A stretch of DNA of 35,392 bases, from contig JTLS01000251.1 of assembly GCA_000826855.1 (NCBI GenBank), positions 1 to 35,392 on the forward strand. The letters are read 5' to 3'. Below the pieces are notes generated by a model. It was given only the letters and a program-made list of their open reading frames with translations. It was not told the DNA's origin and did not search any database. The DNA comes from Basidioascus undulatus. Its lineage: Eukaryota. This document shows, piece after piece, positions 1 to 12,473 of the stretch (the stretch's first letter is position 1; each line of letters opens with the position of its first letter). The position numbers and the translations under genes were made by a program.

Positions 1-647
1 CCCTACGGCCCCTCTCCCGGGCCCTGCCCGCCCTCCCCTCCCGCCCCGTTCCTCTCCCCGCTCGCCCGCTCGCCCTCGCCCGGTCCTTCCACGCCTCCCC
101 CACCGCCTCCGCAACCCTCAACCAAGTGATGCGCGGCAGCCGGAAGCGGTTCGGGAAGGTGTCCAAGTCGCCCGCGCTCGAGGGATGCTATCAGAAGAAG
201 GGCGTGTGCACAAAGGTGTACACCACCAAGCCCAAGAAGCCCAACTCGGCCATTCGGAAGGTCGCGCGTGTTAAGCTTTCGAACGGGCGCGTCGTGCGCG
301 CGTACATCCCTGGCGAGGGACACAATCTGCAGGAGCACAGCGTCGTGCTCCTCAGGGGAGGGAGGACGCAGGATCTGCCGGGTGTCAAGTGCGTCGCCTC
401 TCCTCCGGCCTGCTTCCCTCCTTCCTTCTTCCCTCTGCTCTCCTCCGTCGTGTCTGACGCTGGGAGCGAAACAGGTACAAGATCATCCGTGGCGCGCTAG
501 ACTTTGGTGGTGTGGTCGGGCGGACGCAAGCACGGTCAAAGTACGGAAGTGCGTCGCCGTCCTCCCTTGTTCCTCTCCTCCGGTTCCCTCTGGTCGTGCT
601 CACCTCCTTCCCTCTTCCCAACAGCCAAGAAGCCCAAGAAGGCCTGA
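1..647 (+). CDS. MRPS12: Nuclear-encoded mitochondrial ribosomal protein uS12m (5' end outside window); exons <3-388, 475-548, 625-647
   Basis: Bacterial-type S12 motifs [59 protein letters not shown] after removing two GT-AG introns; upstream frame is an Arg/Pro/Leu-rich presequence ending ARSFHAS; stop TGA 645-647. Confidence 0.95.
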
Positions 648-1885
648 ACACTTCTCTGTTTCTCTCGCATTCTATACCTTGCTCGAGCACACGCATCGCA
701 TCTGCACTGGTTTCTCCGTGCGGGCGAAATCGGGCCTCGTTGCGGTCTCTCATTCGCACCTTCGCACACTCACTCGTCTCGTGATCACGAAGGGCGAGCG
801 CCAACTCTTCGCTGCAGATTTCGATCGCTCTTACACTCTCCGACCCCACATCGATCAATTATCATATCGCGAACTTCAATACCGGCCATCTCCTCGCATC
901 CAGCTCTGTTCTCTCTCCGCTCCATCCGATCTACTCACGGAACCCCCACCCAACCCCGAACACGCGCTCGCTAGACGCTCGCTCACACGTCGTCCATCTG
1001 ACCCACCGCTCCGCCCGCACTCCTCAGCCCTGCCACTTCTTCACATATATCACGTGTTTCACACATTATCACTCACCGCACACACTGCGGCATATCTCAT
1101 TGCAAAACCGGCATCTGCCGCCGTGCAGTCCACCACGCTCGCAGCCTCTCCTCTCATCGACGCTCACCCACTCAGTCTGTACCGAACATAGCCCGCGCAC
1201 CTTCGATGGCTCCTCACCAGCTGCACCACCTAAGGGCGTTATGCCGCCACTTCCTGAGCATTCATTCAGTTTGAAATGGCTAACTGGCGGGTGGGCTGGC
1301 TGCACTGAGCGTGTGGCAGGGCTTCTGCGGCAAGCGCACGGCACAGACCTTCTTCGCAAGCAGGCAAGCGCTGGTCACCTCAAAACAGAGGCCCGTTTTA
1401 GTGCCGTTTCTCACTGAACTTGGAACGACGAAAACGTCGTCCGATATCGGCCGACAATCTATGGATAGGCGGTCTGCTCAGGCGTCGTCCAGCTATGGGA
1501 ATGCGCCTCTTTGCTGAGTACTTGACATGTGATGCGCATATCAGATTCAAGTACGAAGTGAGCTGGCTGTACTAGTTGACCCTTTCGCTCGTGTGCCACC
1601 TCCGACAGCAAGCAAGCTGCAGCGTGCCGATCGCAGCGGTTTCATAGCACGCTTGACCCCTTTCGGCCTTTGCAAGCCATCCAGAGTTGAGTTGAAATCT
1701 GTCATCCAACCTACGACGCTTTGTGGAAGGCCAGAGAAACGAGTGAAACTCTGCGCAGTGAGTTCGATGAAACGAGACGATGACGATGCGGAATGAAACC
1801 GCGATGGCTCGCTGCTCGCTGATCGTGCCTCCTCCCTCTCCCTCTCCCCTCTTGTCTTCCACCTTCACCCCCGTCCCGCGTCCGC

Positions 1886-3322
1886 ATGCCCTCCGCGGTC
1901 TCCCTGCCCACGCGCTCCTCCCTCCTCCCGCTCCTCCCGCTCTTCCTCCAATCCCTCCTCCTCACCTCCCGCCCCTTCACCCACCCAACCCGCGCCGTCC
2001 TGCGCGCCGCGCTCGGCCTCTGGGGCGCCTACCTCGGCCTGCGCCTCCCCGTTGACCACGCCTTCGAGCCGCGCGACAAGGCGGGCGCGGCGAACTTTGT
2101 CTGGGCGGTGTGCGGGTGGTATGCGGCTGTGAAGGCCCTGGAGTGGGGATTTTGTCGGGAGGAGGAGGTAAGGTGGAGGGGGCTCCCCGGAGAGAGGGGG
2201 GAGGAGCGGGAGAGGCCGCTTGGGAATTGGGCTTGGCGGGCATGGGCTTTGCTATCATCGTGCGTTCCCCCCTTCCTCCCTACCCAACAGCTCACCAACC
2301 TCACCCCGCCCACCGAAGGCTGCGCGGCATCCCCTGGACCTGGGGGACTCCCCCGCCTTTGCTCCCCCCAGCCCTGCCCTCCTCCCTGGGCCAATACACC
2401 CTCGCCTCCCTCCGCACCTACGCGCTGCACCAAACACTCTTCACCCTCGCCGCAGCGCTCATCTGCGCCGCCCACGCGCACGGGGACTCGGTGGACGCGT
2501 TCTTGGGCGTCGGTGACTCGTGGGGGAGGTACATCCGTACGGCGGCGCTCGGCCTTGCCGCGTGGAGCGGGATGAGTCTTGGGTTTACAGTGTCGGTCCT
2601 TCCTCCCATCTCTCTCCTCATCCTCAGCTGAACCGAAGCGGCGGCGGACCAGCCTCGCCCTCCTCGTCCGCCTCCTCACCCCTCTCTTCGGCGGGTCCTT
2701 CAACGCGCACGCCTGGCGCCCGCTCTTCCTCGCGCCCTTCCGGACAACGTCCATTACAGATCTCTGGAACGTCCACTGGCACAGCCTCTTCCGGCGCGCG
2801 TTCATCGTCTCGGGCTTTCGCCCCGCGCGCGCCCTCGCGCGCGCTGTCGGCGCAGGCACAGGCGTGCAGCGCGTGGTGGGGCTGCTGGGGGCGTTTGCGG
2901 CGAGTGGGTTGATGCACGAGTTCGGTTGGTCCCCCACCCCATTTCCCTCAGTCTGTCTCTCGAAAAGGCTGAGCGAACGAATTCGAACAGGTATCCGCGT
3001 CTCCTCCCCCACGCACTTCCACCCCTCCACCCTGCCCTCCCTGCAGTTCTTCCTCCTCCAAGGCCTAGGAATCCTGCTAGAGCAAGCCTTCACGCGGACG
3101 ACGCATAAGAGCGTGCGCGGCTGGCCGGGCCGCGTGTGGGCGCTCGCGTTCGTGCTCCTCACGGGGGCCCAGATGGCGGATCACTGGCTTGATTCCGGGC
3201 TGGCGCAGGGGACGGTGCATCCGGCACGGTGGGGATGGAAGAGGTGGGTCGCCCCGGGCGGGGCGCTGTGGCCGGAGGGGGTGGCGATGCGGGGAGAGGG
3301 AGACGGAGGGAAGGGGGAATAA
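1886..3322 (+). CDS. Membrane-bound O-acyltransferase (MBOAT_2 / wax synthase / TRI7-like), about 4 exons
   Basis: Spliced product contains LRGIPWTWG, PFRTTSITDLWNVHWHSLFRR, AFAASGLMHE (catalytic His) and FFLLQGLGILLEQ; introns about 2260-2318, 2592-2652, 2925-2990 keep frame. Confidence 0.85.
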
Positions 3323-3329
3323 GCTTATT

Positions 3330-3351
3330 ATCGGATCGGATCGGATCGGAT
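3330..3351. repeat. (ATCGG)4 microsatellite
   Basis: ATCGGATCGGATCGGATCGGAT just after the MBOAT stop codon. Confidence 0.8.
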
Positions 3352-4378
3352 TGAAGATGCATGGATTCAGCGCTGGATACAGCTGGTCTTTTTCACAAGG
3401 CCACGGATGCTAGGCATGGTGTACACTAGGTAGTGCAGGTCCGAAGCGCACAGCTGGAATTGCAGAAGCTCATCCTCGTAGTACGTGTTGGTACCATGTT
3501 CGCACGGCGCATCATGCGATGCATGTAATCTCCATTCCCGACACTACCACACATATAGCCAGGCAAACGGTCGACAACCCGTTTCAGAGGCAATTATCTG
3601 AGTCCATCCCTGTGGGAAACAAGTGAGTTGAGCGCAGGGTTCAAGCTTTCAAGCCGCAGCGGTACGCACTTTGCAGAGCGGTTTGTGGCGCGTAGTCCAA
3701 TCTTGTTTCTGCGTTTTGTTCGGATGTGAGCCATGTGAGAGAATGGTGGATGGATGAAAGATAAGTTAGAGTATTGGTTGAGTGCCCTCGGGGAAAAAAA
3801 AAAACCCAAGTGCGAGGCCTGCCGACTCTGAAAGCTTACTCAATTGCTTTGCCCTGTTGTCCTGTATGGAGGTTCTCTTGGTTATGCAACATGTGCCAGA
3901 ACCCGGAAAAGACCGAAAGCCCCTGGACCAAGCCCAATCCGTCAGGCAAGACTTCATTGGTGGAAATGCTGGTCAGCGGCTCTTCGTCCGGGCCAGTGGT
4001 GGTACTGCGGCTCTTGCAGTCCGACACAGCGGTCTTCTCATGCAAAAATGGAAAAGCATATCATTAGTGACGAGCTGCAAGCAACGGAGGTCTCAAGAGG
4101 TCGTAACCCCGGTCAGGGGACTCCCCGCCCGAACAAGAGACCTCAGAGGCACAACGCTGCCGAGCTGAACGGTGTCGACGTCGCCTGCCGGACCATCTGC
4201 CTTTCGGTTCGGAGTTCACGACGCTCAAACAAACGAGGAAAACAAAACGTAGTCAACATGTTCGAACAAGCAAGCAAGCAAAGCGTACAACAGTGTCCCC
4301 ACCCTTACCCCATCCTAGTGCCCACAACGCTCCGTTCCCCCTTCCCTCCATTCCCTCCCTCCCTTTCTCTGGCACAGT

Positions 4379-7126
4379 CTAGACGTGATGCCACGCCATC
4401 CACTCACGCGGATAGAGCTCCTCGAGCCTGTCCTCCTTCTCGTAATCCTCGAGGTTCGGGTCATCCATGCTGCTCCGCCCACCCAAAACCATCAGCGCGA
4501 AGTGTCTAGATGGGGAAAAGGATGGAAGTGGGGCGCACATGGCAGCATATTCCTTCATTTCCTCGTCGTTCAGGAGCGCATCGTCGAGGAGGTGTTCGAC
4601 AGCCTTGCGCTTCTCGCCTTTGAGGTTGCCGATCATGACAATCTGCGAGAAGGAAGGCACGTTAGCGAAACAGTGTTTCGGGGGGGAAGGAAGGAAAGTG
4701 CACCTCTTGTCGGCGATCGCCGTACGGCCCATGGAAGAGCTCCTCGATATCCCTGTACACGACGGAGAATTGTCAGCCTGGATGCTGCGAAGAGATTGAA
4801 ATAAAGCACGCACTTATCGCCCTCGTAATCCTCCTCCGGCCCAGCAGCCCACCACTCCCCTCCGCTCCCAACAGTGAGCTGTCCGTCGCCGCCGCGCATA
4901 TAAGCTCCAGTCCCATCTGAACCCTCAAGACCACGCACCATCAACCCCGCCTGCCCCCACTCCCCAAAGTTGATGTTGCGGTTCGCGAGCCAAAAGAAGC
5001 CCTTGGAGCGTAGCAAGCCCGACAGCGCCGGGTCGGCCGCCTTGTCTGCCTTGATCTTGTCCGGGAAGGATTGCTATACCTCACGGACGCAGGTCGGCGA
5101 GAACTCGGCCGGGTGAGTAGGTGGGGAGGAGGGAAATGGGGGAAAAGAAGGGGGGTGGCACGCACCGGGTCGGTGTTCGGGTCCCGCAGGTCCGCCTCGG
5201 TCGCGAACCCCTTCTGGAGGAGGACGAATTTGCGCGAGACGATGTCCCACAGCCTGCCGGGGTGGAACGGGCGGCGGCGGCGGTAGACGAAGCTCTGTGT
5301 CCCAGCAGGCGTTTCAGCGCAAATGAAGATGGTAGATAGAGGGGAAGAAGAACGGCGCACGGTGATCCCGAACCCGTCCTGCGTGTGGCCTTCGCGGCCG
5401 TGCTACGTGGTTGAAACATGGAGAGTTCAGCGAAACCGGCACAGGATGTTGAGCATTGGGGAAGAAGACGCACATGGTGGTGCCCATGTCCATGCGAGCT
5501 TCCGTTCGAAGACTTCTCGCCGTCGCGGTGGTGCTGCTCCTGCAGACAGTATGTCAGTGACCTTCCTCTGATCTCTAGCAATTTTCAAGACGCACCTCGC
5601 GCTTCGCAGACCCCGTCGCATCCGCATGCCCATTCTCCTTGTGCTCATGCTCGTGCTTCTCGTGCGAGTGCCCGTTACGCTCGTGCTGTGCGCATCCGAC
5701 ATTTCAGTCCACCGCGCAGCCCGCTGAAGACGGGAAGAGAGAATATATGCTCACCTCGTGCTTCACCTCGTGCTTGTGCTCTTCGTGCTTGTGCTCCTCG
5801 TACGAGTGCCCATTGTGTCCATGCTGCAGCCACTCGCTCATGTGAGTGACTGCACGAGTGAAACAGCGCGCGACAGCGAAGACGAAGCTCGAAGAAGAGA
5901 AAGCGCACCTCGTGCTGCTCCTTCTCCTCGTGCTTCTCCTTCCCCTCGTGCTCGTGCTCCCCATGCTCATGCTCATGCCCATGCTCATGCCCATGCTACC
6001 CCCCACCCCCAAATCAGCCTTCCATCCCTCCCCCGCCGGAGCTTCGCGAACCGAAACCCACCTCATGCGCCTCCTCACCCAGCAACCCCTCCGGCGTCAA
6101 CTCGCTCAAGCTCCTGAGCCACCCCACGCCGCTCGCAGCCCTGTGCCATCGCTTTCGACTCAGCACTGCGTCGAGGGAGGAGCGAAGGGAGGGAGGGAAA
6201 GGCGGAAGAAACACACTGCTCCATATCGAACCGCCCCGTAAGGAGGACCTCGCGGATGTCGACTTTGGAGCGCACGGTCTCGATGATTTTGGCGCGCGGG
6301 TTGAGCGTCTGTCGTCCCGCCCATACATTATCAGGCACTTTCTTCCTTCCACAACCAACAAAGCTAACGCACAGCAATGAGGTCCCGGACTACTCGCGCA
6401 AGTAGAAAGGAGTCAGAGCGGATTCGCGGGGAGGGCTCGGGATCCGGGAGGGGGAGGTCAAGAACGCACTCTTCTCGACATTCTCTTTCGGCGCCAGATC
6501 GACCTTGTTGATCAGACTGTTCCCCCATCGCCTCAGCTTCTTCCTTCTCTCCTGCGCCAGGCAGATCCCCACGCACATGACGTCCGCAAATTCCAACTGA
6601 GCAATGAGGAGCTCTGAGATCTGGCGTCGCGTCCCATCTCATTTCAGACCTTGCCTTGCTTCGGAGAATGCGAAAAGGGCACACGCACAGTCCGCTCATC
6701 CTCCTCCCCCTGCGGGTCCTGCTGCGACGCCGCCCCCCGCTCCTGCGGGCGGTTGTACACGAAATCCGTCGTCTCGAGCTCGGAGAGCATGTTGAGCGCG
6801 TCGACCACAGTGACACAGGTGTCGATGCGGGTCTTCCCATCCCGACCTTCAGCGTTTGGGGAGGGAAGGGGGAGAAGGAAGGGGAAGGGACGACACACGA
6901 TAGCAGGCAGGCCCCCCGCGCGCATGACGAACGCCATGTGCCCGCGCTTCGCGTCGCCCGTCTGCCACGCTACGGCCATCTCCATCTGCGCGGCTTGGAG
7001 GCCGAATTGTTGGGAGAAGGTCTCGGCGATCTCTGGGGGCCCGCGCATCTAGTTTGAGCTTCTCAGATCTCAGGGGAGAGGAGGGGAGTGGGAGGAGGGA
7101 CCTTGGGGCTCAGAAATGCCGGATGC
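4379..7126 (-). CDS. COG0523/CobW-family (ZNG1-like) G3E GTPase zinc metallochaperone, 5'-truncated
   Basis: Spliced motifs ASGISEPQEIAETF, IDTCVTVVDA, QLEFADVILINKVDL, LNPRAKII, FGITSFVYRRRRPFHPGRL, LLRSKGFFWLA, GDRRQEIVMIG and a His-rich linker; stop at 4379-4381. Walker A and CxCC exons not found upstream. Confidence 0.9.
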
Positions 7127-7149
7127 CTGCCGAGAGAAGAAAACGTTAG

Positions 7150-7727
7150 GAGAAGGGGAAGGGGGAAGGGAAAGGGGGAGGCGGGGACGCTGTGGGCCGA
7201 GTGGGAGGAAGAGCTGTTTGAGGGGGAAGGTGCGTACGCGGAAGGAAGGAGATGGTGGGTGGGCGGGTGCTGATTGAATGGAGTGGTGGGGGGCGCGGGG
7301 GGCCGCGAGCAGGCGATTACCAGTTTGATGTGTACCGGCTCATGAGGGACCATACCTCCGCCGACTGGGCGGGGTTCTACCCCCTCACAAACGTGATGGT
7401 GCGTCCCCCTCCTCCCCTCCCCCCTCCCGCTCCTTCTCCCTCTCGCTAACCCTCCCGCCGGCCAACCAGTGGCTGCACTACCTCGCCCTCAAGCTCCTGC
7501 AATCCAAGCAGCTGCGGCGCCCGACGCCGCGGAGCCGGACGAGCGCGCCAGAGCGCGCGTGCTACGATGCACTTGTGCGAGCCGAGAAGGCGCTGGGCAG
7601 GGCGGCGAAGGCGGGGGTGGGGACGGGGAGGGAAAAGGGAAGGGGAAGGGGGAGGAGGAGCGGCGTGGGGTTGGGGAGCGCGGAGGAGGGTGTGCTGTGG
7701 GGGAGGGAGGAGGGGTGGGTCAGGTGA
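7150..7727 (+). pseudogene. C-terminal fragment of a haspin-family (Alk1/Hrk1) kinase; N-terminal part absent
   Basis: Three exons splice to EEELFEGEG-DYQFDVYRLMRDHTSADWAGFYPLTNVM-WLHYLALKLL, the haspin C-lobe signature; stop TGA 7725-7727; no upstream kinase exons. Confidence 0.85.
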
Positions 7728-7970
7728 GGGCTGGAGTGCATAGGAGGATCTTGTTTATTTGATGAGAACTTTTCTGTGTTCGTCGAAGTGTACGACTGTG
7801 CATTTGTACGTATGGAGTTTGTGGTTGGAGGACTTCGTTCGCTTGCAGCTTGCAGGCAGATCGGCAAGAAAAGTCTTCTATCAATTTTTCTTCAGATCCT
7901 CCGTGCTAATAGGAATCTAATCCTGTTTCTGGCCTTTGTAAGCAATAGAGTTGGGTGGGCAGGCAGTGAA

Positions 7971-8153
7971 GGTGGCAGTCGCAGCGACGACTGCGAAGAC
8001 GCGTACGCAACCCTAGGTCGACGTCAGCGTTCGCGGCGGCGTCGCGCTCGCTCGCTCAACTCGTCCTCAGCCACACCTCTCGCTCACCTGCCTTCTCGCT
8101 TGCCGTTCACGCGACCTCTATTTCTCAACCCTCCTTTTACCCCCACTGCCACC
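7971..8153. promoter_or_regulatory. Two inverted GGTGGCAGT motifs (PACE-like) upstream of RPT3
   Basis: GGTGGCAGT at 7971-7979 and its reverse complement ACTGCCACC at 8145-8153; shares the GGTGGC core of the yeast Rpn4 site. Confidence 0.35.
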
Positions 8154-8200
8154 ACCCCCAGAACCACCACCGTCACTCCTCCCCCTTGCCCCCCGCGACG

Positions 8201-10161
8201 ATGGACGAGATCGGCATCTCGCTCTCCAAGGCGGACCCGACGTTTGCGTCCCAGGTGTCGGACTTGCGCTCCATCCACTCGTCCCTCCCTGCGCCCTCGG
8301 ATCTTTACCTTAAGAGTCACTCGCTCGAGAAGCACATCGAGTTCCTCGAGCTCCAGGAGGAGTACATTAAGGACGAGCAGCGCCATCTCAAGCGCGAGCT
8401 TGTGCGCGCTCAGGTGCGTGCCACCACCGTGTCCTCGTCCCATGGGCGACTTCGAGTTGAAGCTGAACGGGAATCTTGGTCGTTTGCGGGCAACAGGAGG
8501 AAGTCAAACGCATCCAATCCGTGCCCCTCGTGATCGGCCAGTTCCTCGAGGCGATCGACCAGAACGTGGGGATCGTGGGCTCGACGACGGGCAGCAACTA
8601 TGTCGTCCGCGTCCTCTCCACCCTCGACCGCGAGCTCCTCAAGCCGAGCTCGTCCGTCGCCCTCCACCGTCACTCGAACGCCCTCGTCGACATCCTGCCC
8701 CCCGAGGCGGACTCGAGCATCGCCCTCCTTGGCGCGGATGAGAAGCCCGCGGAGGGGTACGCGGACGTGAGTCCCCGTGAGAGGGAAGGAAGGCGGGAAA
8801 GGGACCGGAAGGCTGATTGCGGGAGGGGAGGGGATAGATCGGCGGAATGGACTCGCAGAAGCAGGAGATTCGGGAGGCGGTGGAGTTGCCTTTGTGAGTC
8901 TTTACTCGCACAGCTGTTGGCTTGCTATGGTGGCGCTCACGTTGTTCCCCTTGGGTAGGACGCATTTCGAGCTGTACAAGAAGATCGGTATCGACCCCCC
9001 GCGCGGTGTGCTCCTCTACGGACCGCCAGGTGCGTCTTCTCTCCTTCCACCCCCCTACCCTTCCTTCCCCTCAAGCTCACCCCTTCCTTCCTCCACCCAG
9101 GCACGGGCAAGACGATGCTAGTGAAAGCCGTCGCGCACCACACGACGGCGGCCTTCATCCGCGTCGTCGGCTCCGAGTTTGTGCAGAAGTACCTCGGAGA
9201 AGGCCCGCGCATGGTGCGCGACGTGTTCCGCCTCGCGCGCGAGAACGCGCCCGCGATCATCTTCATCGACGAGATCGACGCGATCGCGACGAAGCGGTTC
9301 GACGCCCAGACGGGCGCCGACCGCGAGGTCCAGCGTATCTTGCTGGAGCTCCTCAATCAGATGGACGGGTTCGACCAGGGGTCGAACGTCAAGGTGCGTT
9401 TTCTCTCTCCCTCTCGCCCCTCCTCTCTCCTCCCTCTCTTCCTGCACCCTTGTTGGGAGGGCGTTGGTACTTCAAACTGACCAGGACTGACGGGATTGGG
9501 GACGCTCGCCGACAGGTCATCATGGCCACAAACCGCGCCGACACGCTCGACCCTGCCCTCCTCCGTCCCGGCCGTCTCGACCGCAAGATCGAGTTCCCCA
9601 ACCCCGCGCGCCGAGAAAAGCGTCTCATCTTCCAGACCATCACGAGCAAGATGAGCCTGAGCGGGGACGTCGACCTCGAAGACTGTGCGTCCCCTCCCCT
9701 CCCCCTCTCTCCCCCTTCCTCTTTCTTGGCTTGGCTTGCAAGAGGCTGACGAGGTTGCGCGTGTGGGGGAACAGATGTTTCTCGCCCGGATAAGCTCTCG
9801 TCGGCGGAGATCGCGTCTATTTGCCAGGCTGCGGGGCTGCAAGGTGCGCTTGGCTTGTTAGGCTCTTCTGGGGCTCCTGATGCTGATGTTGTCTGCGCTT
9901 GCAGCGGTGCGGAAGAACCGGTATGTCATCCTGCCCGCAGACTTCGAGGAGGCATGGAAGGTCCGTCGTTCCCCCTCTTGCCCGCCCTTTCCATCATTCC
10001 TCATCTCGTTTCGCCTGCTGTGCTGACGTCGCTCCTCGCTCTGCAGTCAGTCGTCAAGCGGTCAGACGAGACGCACGAGTTCTGTGCGTTCTCCTTTCCC
10101 GCCCTCGTTCCCCACCTATCCCCTCGTGCTGACATTTGGCTTTGTGTTTGTAGACCGATGA
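8201..10161 (+). CDS. RPT3: 26S proteasome regulatory AAA-ATPase subunit 6B, multi-exon
   Basis: [42 protein letters not shown], Walker [62 protein letters not shown]-terminal EFYR (HbYX-like); stop 10159-10161. Confidence 0.97.
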
Positions 10162-10599
10162 TTGTGGAATGGGTGAGTAATGGGTGAGTTTGATCCGCGT
10201 GAGGTTTTTTAAGGGGAAATGAGGAACGCTGATCCGATTTGTTTGATGATGTAGATGCATGTACATATATTCGACGCACGAGCATCTGCAACCAACTGAC
10301 TTGCTTGCTTGCTGTCTGCGTGTCTGCGGGGGCTGCGTGCCTGAACACGTTTCTACTTACCGGGTCAACGCTCGTCGTTGCTCATCGCCTCTTTCTCGGG
10401 CATCGGCACTCCTATCTCCAATTTGCGTCTTAGTCTTTCTATAGCCCTGCTCGCATCGCGCAGTGCAAACACTAGGCCCGCGACGCCCTGTTTACCTTTG
10501 TTTGGGGGCAGTGCTGGTGAGGCTGGCCTCCGCTGGCCGGATGGTAGGTACGCGGTGACGGAGCTCCTGCGAATTCACGGCCGGGTCAATGTGTACGCT

Positions 10600-11896
10600 G
10601 GAGATCTTCTCTGACACAAAACGTTCACGGCGCTCCGGTTTAGCAGATTGATACTTTGGGCTAAGGGTGCAATGTGGCTGAGCGCAAGTCCTACACAGAC
10701 GCTCCGGAACGGTTGACAGTCCAACGATATCCATGTACATAAAAGGCAAGGGGGTTCTTAACACTTCCCAAATCTTCATGGCCGGGAAGGCCTTGCAGTC
10801 GGTATCGTGCATGTGCAACTTGTTTCTAAGTAGTAGTGCAGCGCGCAGCGCGCGTTTGTTTGAATGATACAGGATGCCATTTTTTTCAGCGTCCCCGAGA
10901 GCAACGTGAACCACAACAATGCAACAGTACTGCTCGGCCATCAAGCTGTACCCACCGCTTCCACCAGAGTCAAGCCCTCTATGTCTCACAGAGTACCCCC
11001 AAAAGTTCAGGCTCCACCTTGGCACCCAAGGTCGCCGCTGACCCGTTTTGGACAGCTTCAGCTCGACGCACCAACACTCAAAGGCTGCTGCCCTTGCAGG
11101 CATCGCGAAGAGACCTCAAGGGGTTGCGTAAGTTCAGGTTGTCGGGGTGTATGATGAGAAGGTGCTCCAGGACCGGCATGGACCTAAAAGCGGAAGCCAA
11201 GCGTGGATCGGAAACGTAAACGGGGTCTGCTTATATCATAACCAGGTGAGTTAACGAGGTGAAGTTGAATCATGAAATTCCGTCAGCGGACCACAGACCA
11301 GTGCACGTTCCCGGAAACCAGGAGAAGTCTGCGAAGAACTGCTGCGGCAGGCTGTGCCGAGATATAAAGAAGCAGGAGGAGGGACGCGACGCCCAGACCA
11401 AGCGTAGCTGGCAGATGCACTGGGCTGGAGACAGATGATTCCCAATTCCTCCAAGTTCAGGCTTGCGAGACGAGGAATGTTTGGACCTCGAAGTTCGTGG
11501 ACGCCTCAAAAAATTCCAAGAAGTCAAGATCAAGGAGAAGGCGACACAGATTTTGCCGCATCACTTTGAGAGTGTCCCCGAGCTTCCGTAAGAAAAAAAC
11601 ACTGATACGGTCCGCATTGGAGAAGGGAAGCATCGTGCTATGAAGGTCGCAGATAGAAAGCGACTCGACTAAGTGTAGCGGTCGCCCGGAAGATAGGTCC
11701 GGGCCGGTGAGCGACAGGACCGACGACCCCCAAACAGAGCAGTAGAGGTGCGGAAGAGTGATTTCCATCACATCGTGTGAGACGAGGGTGCAAGAAGCGT
11801 ATCCACGACGTCGCGGGGCCGTCCGTATGCCAGCGGGTGTGAGGGAGCGGCGATGGCAACGAGTGAGACAATGTTGAGCGGGATCGAAATTGGCAT
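10600..11896 (-). pseudogene. Decayed F-box-like/LRR-like gene remnant
   Basis: ATG 11896 gives MPISIPLNIVSLVAI...DTLLA, which continues only after a frameshift as CTLVSHDVMEITLPHLYCSV (resembles fungal F-box-like N-termini); a further shift leads to LNLEELGII. Boundaries approximate. Confidence 0.3.
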
Positions 11897-12473
11897 TATA
11901 CTGGAGAGCTTGGTGGTTATATGAGAATGCCTGATACGGGCCTTTGAAGAATGTGGGATTGAGCAGCAAATCTGCGCGTGATTTAATGGGAGCTAGGAAG
12001 ATGGTGGTGGGAAGCTAACGGGTGGCGAGTCGTGCCGTCTGCCTGTTGTGGTGCATCTGCCTCCGCACATAGCAACACCGACAGGCAACAGGTCTGTACA
12101 TCTTTTTGAGTTGCATTGCGTCGCAGCATTGTGCCGCAGCGGTTGCCATGGCCCGGCTGTGGACAACGATCAGCCAACAGGTCCGCTACCGAATAGGACT
12201 AGAACATAGTAGACTGTGCATAAAAGAACCCCTTTCGCAGGCTGCGTCTGTTGAGAAAATCTGGCTGGCCAAAAGAGCACAGGTTCTGCGATAATCCAGT
12301 TAGTTGTGCGAAAGTAGTTGTACGCAGTTCCTCCGTTGTTTCGCCGCCGCCTTCTCTCTTCTTCATCTCTATTATGTCCATCCTGCCCTTATACCACAAA
12401 TTTTCATATCGAAAATCTCTAATCCCGCGCTCTTTTACCTATGCTAGTAAGATTGCGCTCCACAGGCTCAGAC

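Noticed and set aside
1..647. Bacterial rpsL or a mitochondrial DNA insertion
   Set aside because: Spliceosomal introns and a targeting presequence show an ordinary nuclear gene.
650..1880. Intergenic stretch with the 307-aa ORF (268-1191), small hairpins and a TATA/CACGTG motif near 1045-1056
   Set aside because: The ORF is low-complexity with no codon bias, and I could not assemble a complete snoRNA or snRNA box structure.
2029..3162. Long antisense or alternate-frame ORFs (for example 2029-3162 -, 7776-8741 +, 21660-22340 +, 28331-28876 +)
   Set aside because: They overlap real GC3-rich genes, where stop codons are rare in other frames, and have no independent domain signal.
3400..4300. 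Short ORFs and an A11 run between the MBOAT and CobW 3' ends
   Set aside because: No recognisable domain, splice structure or terminal repeats.
5909..5995. CATGCT/CATGCC hexamer repeats
   Set aside because: Coding His-Glu/His-Gly repeats of the CobW linker, not a satellite or CRISPR array.
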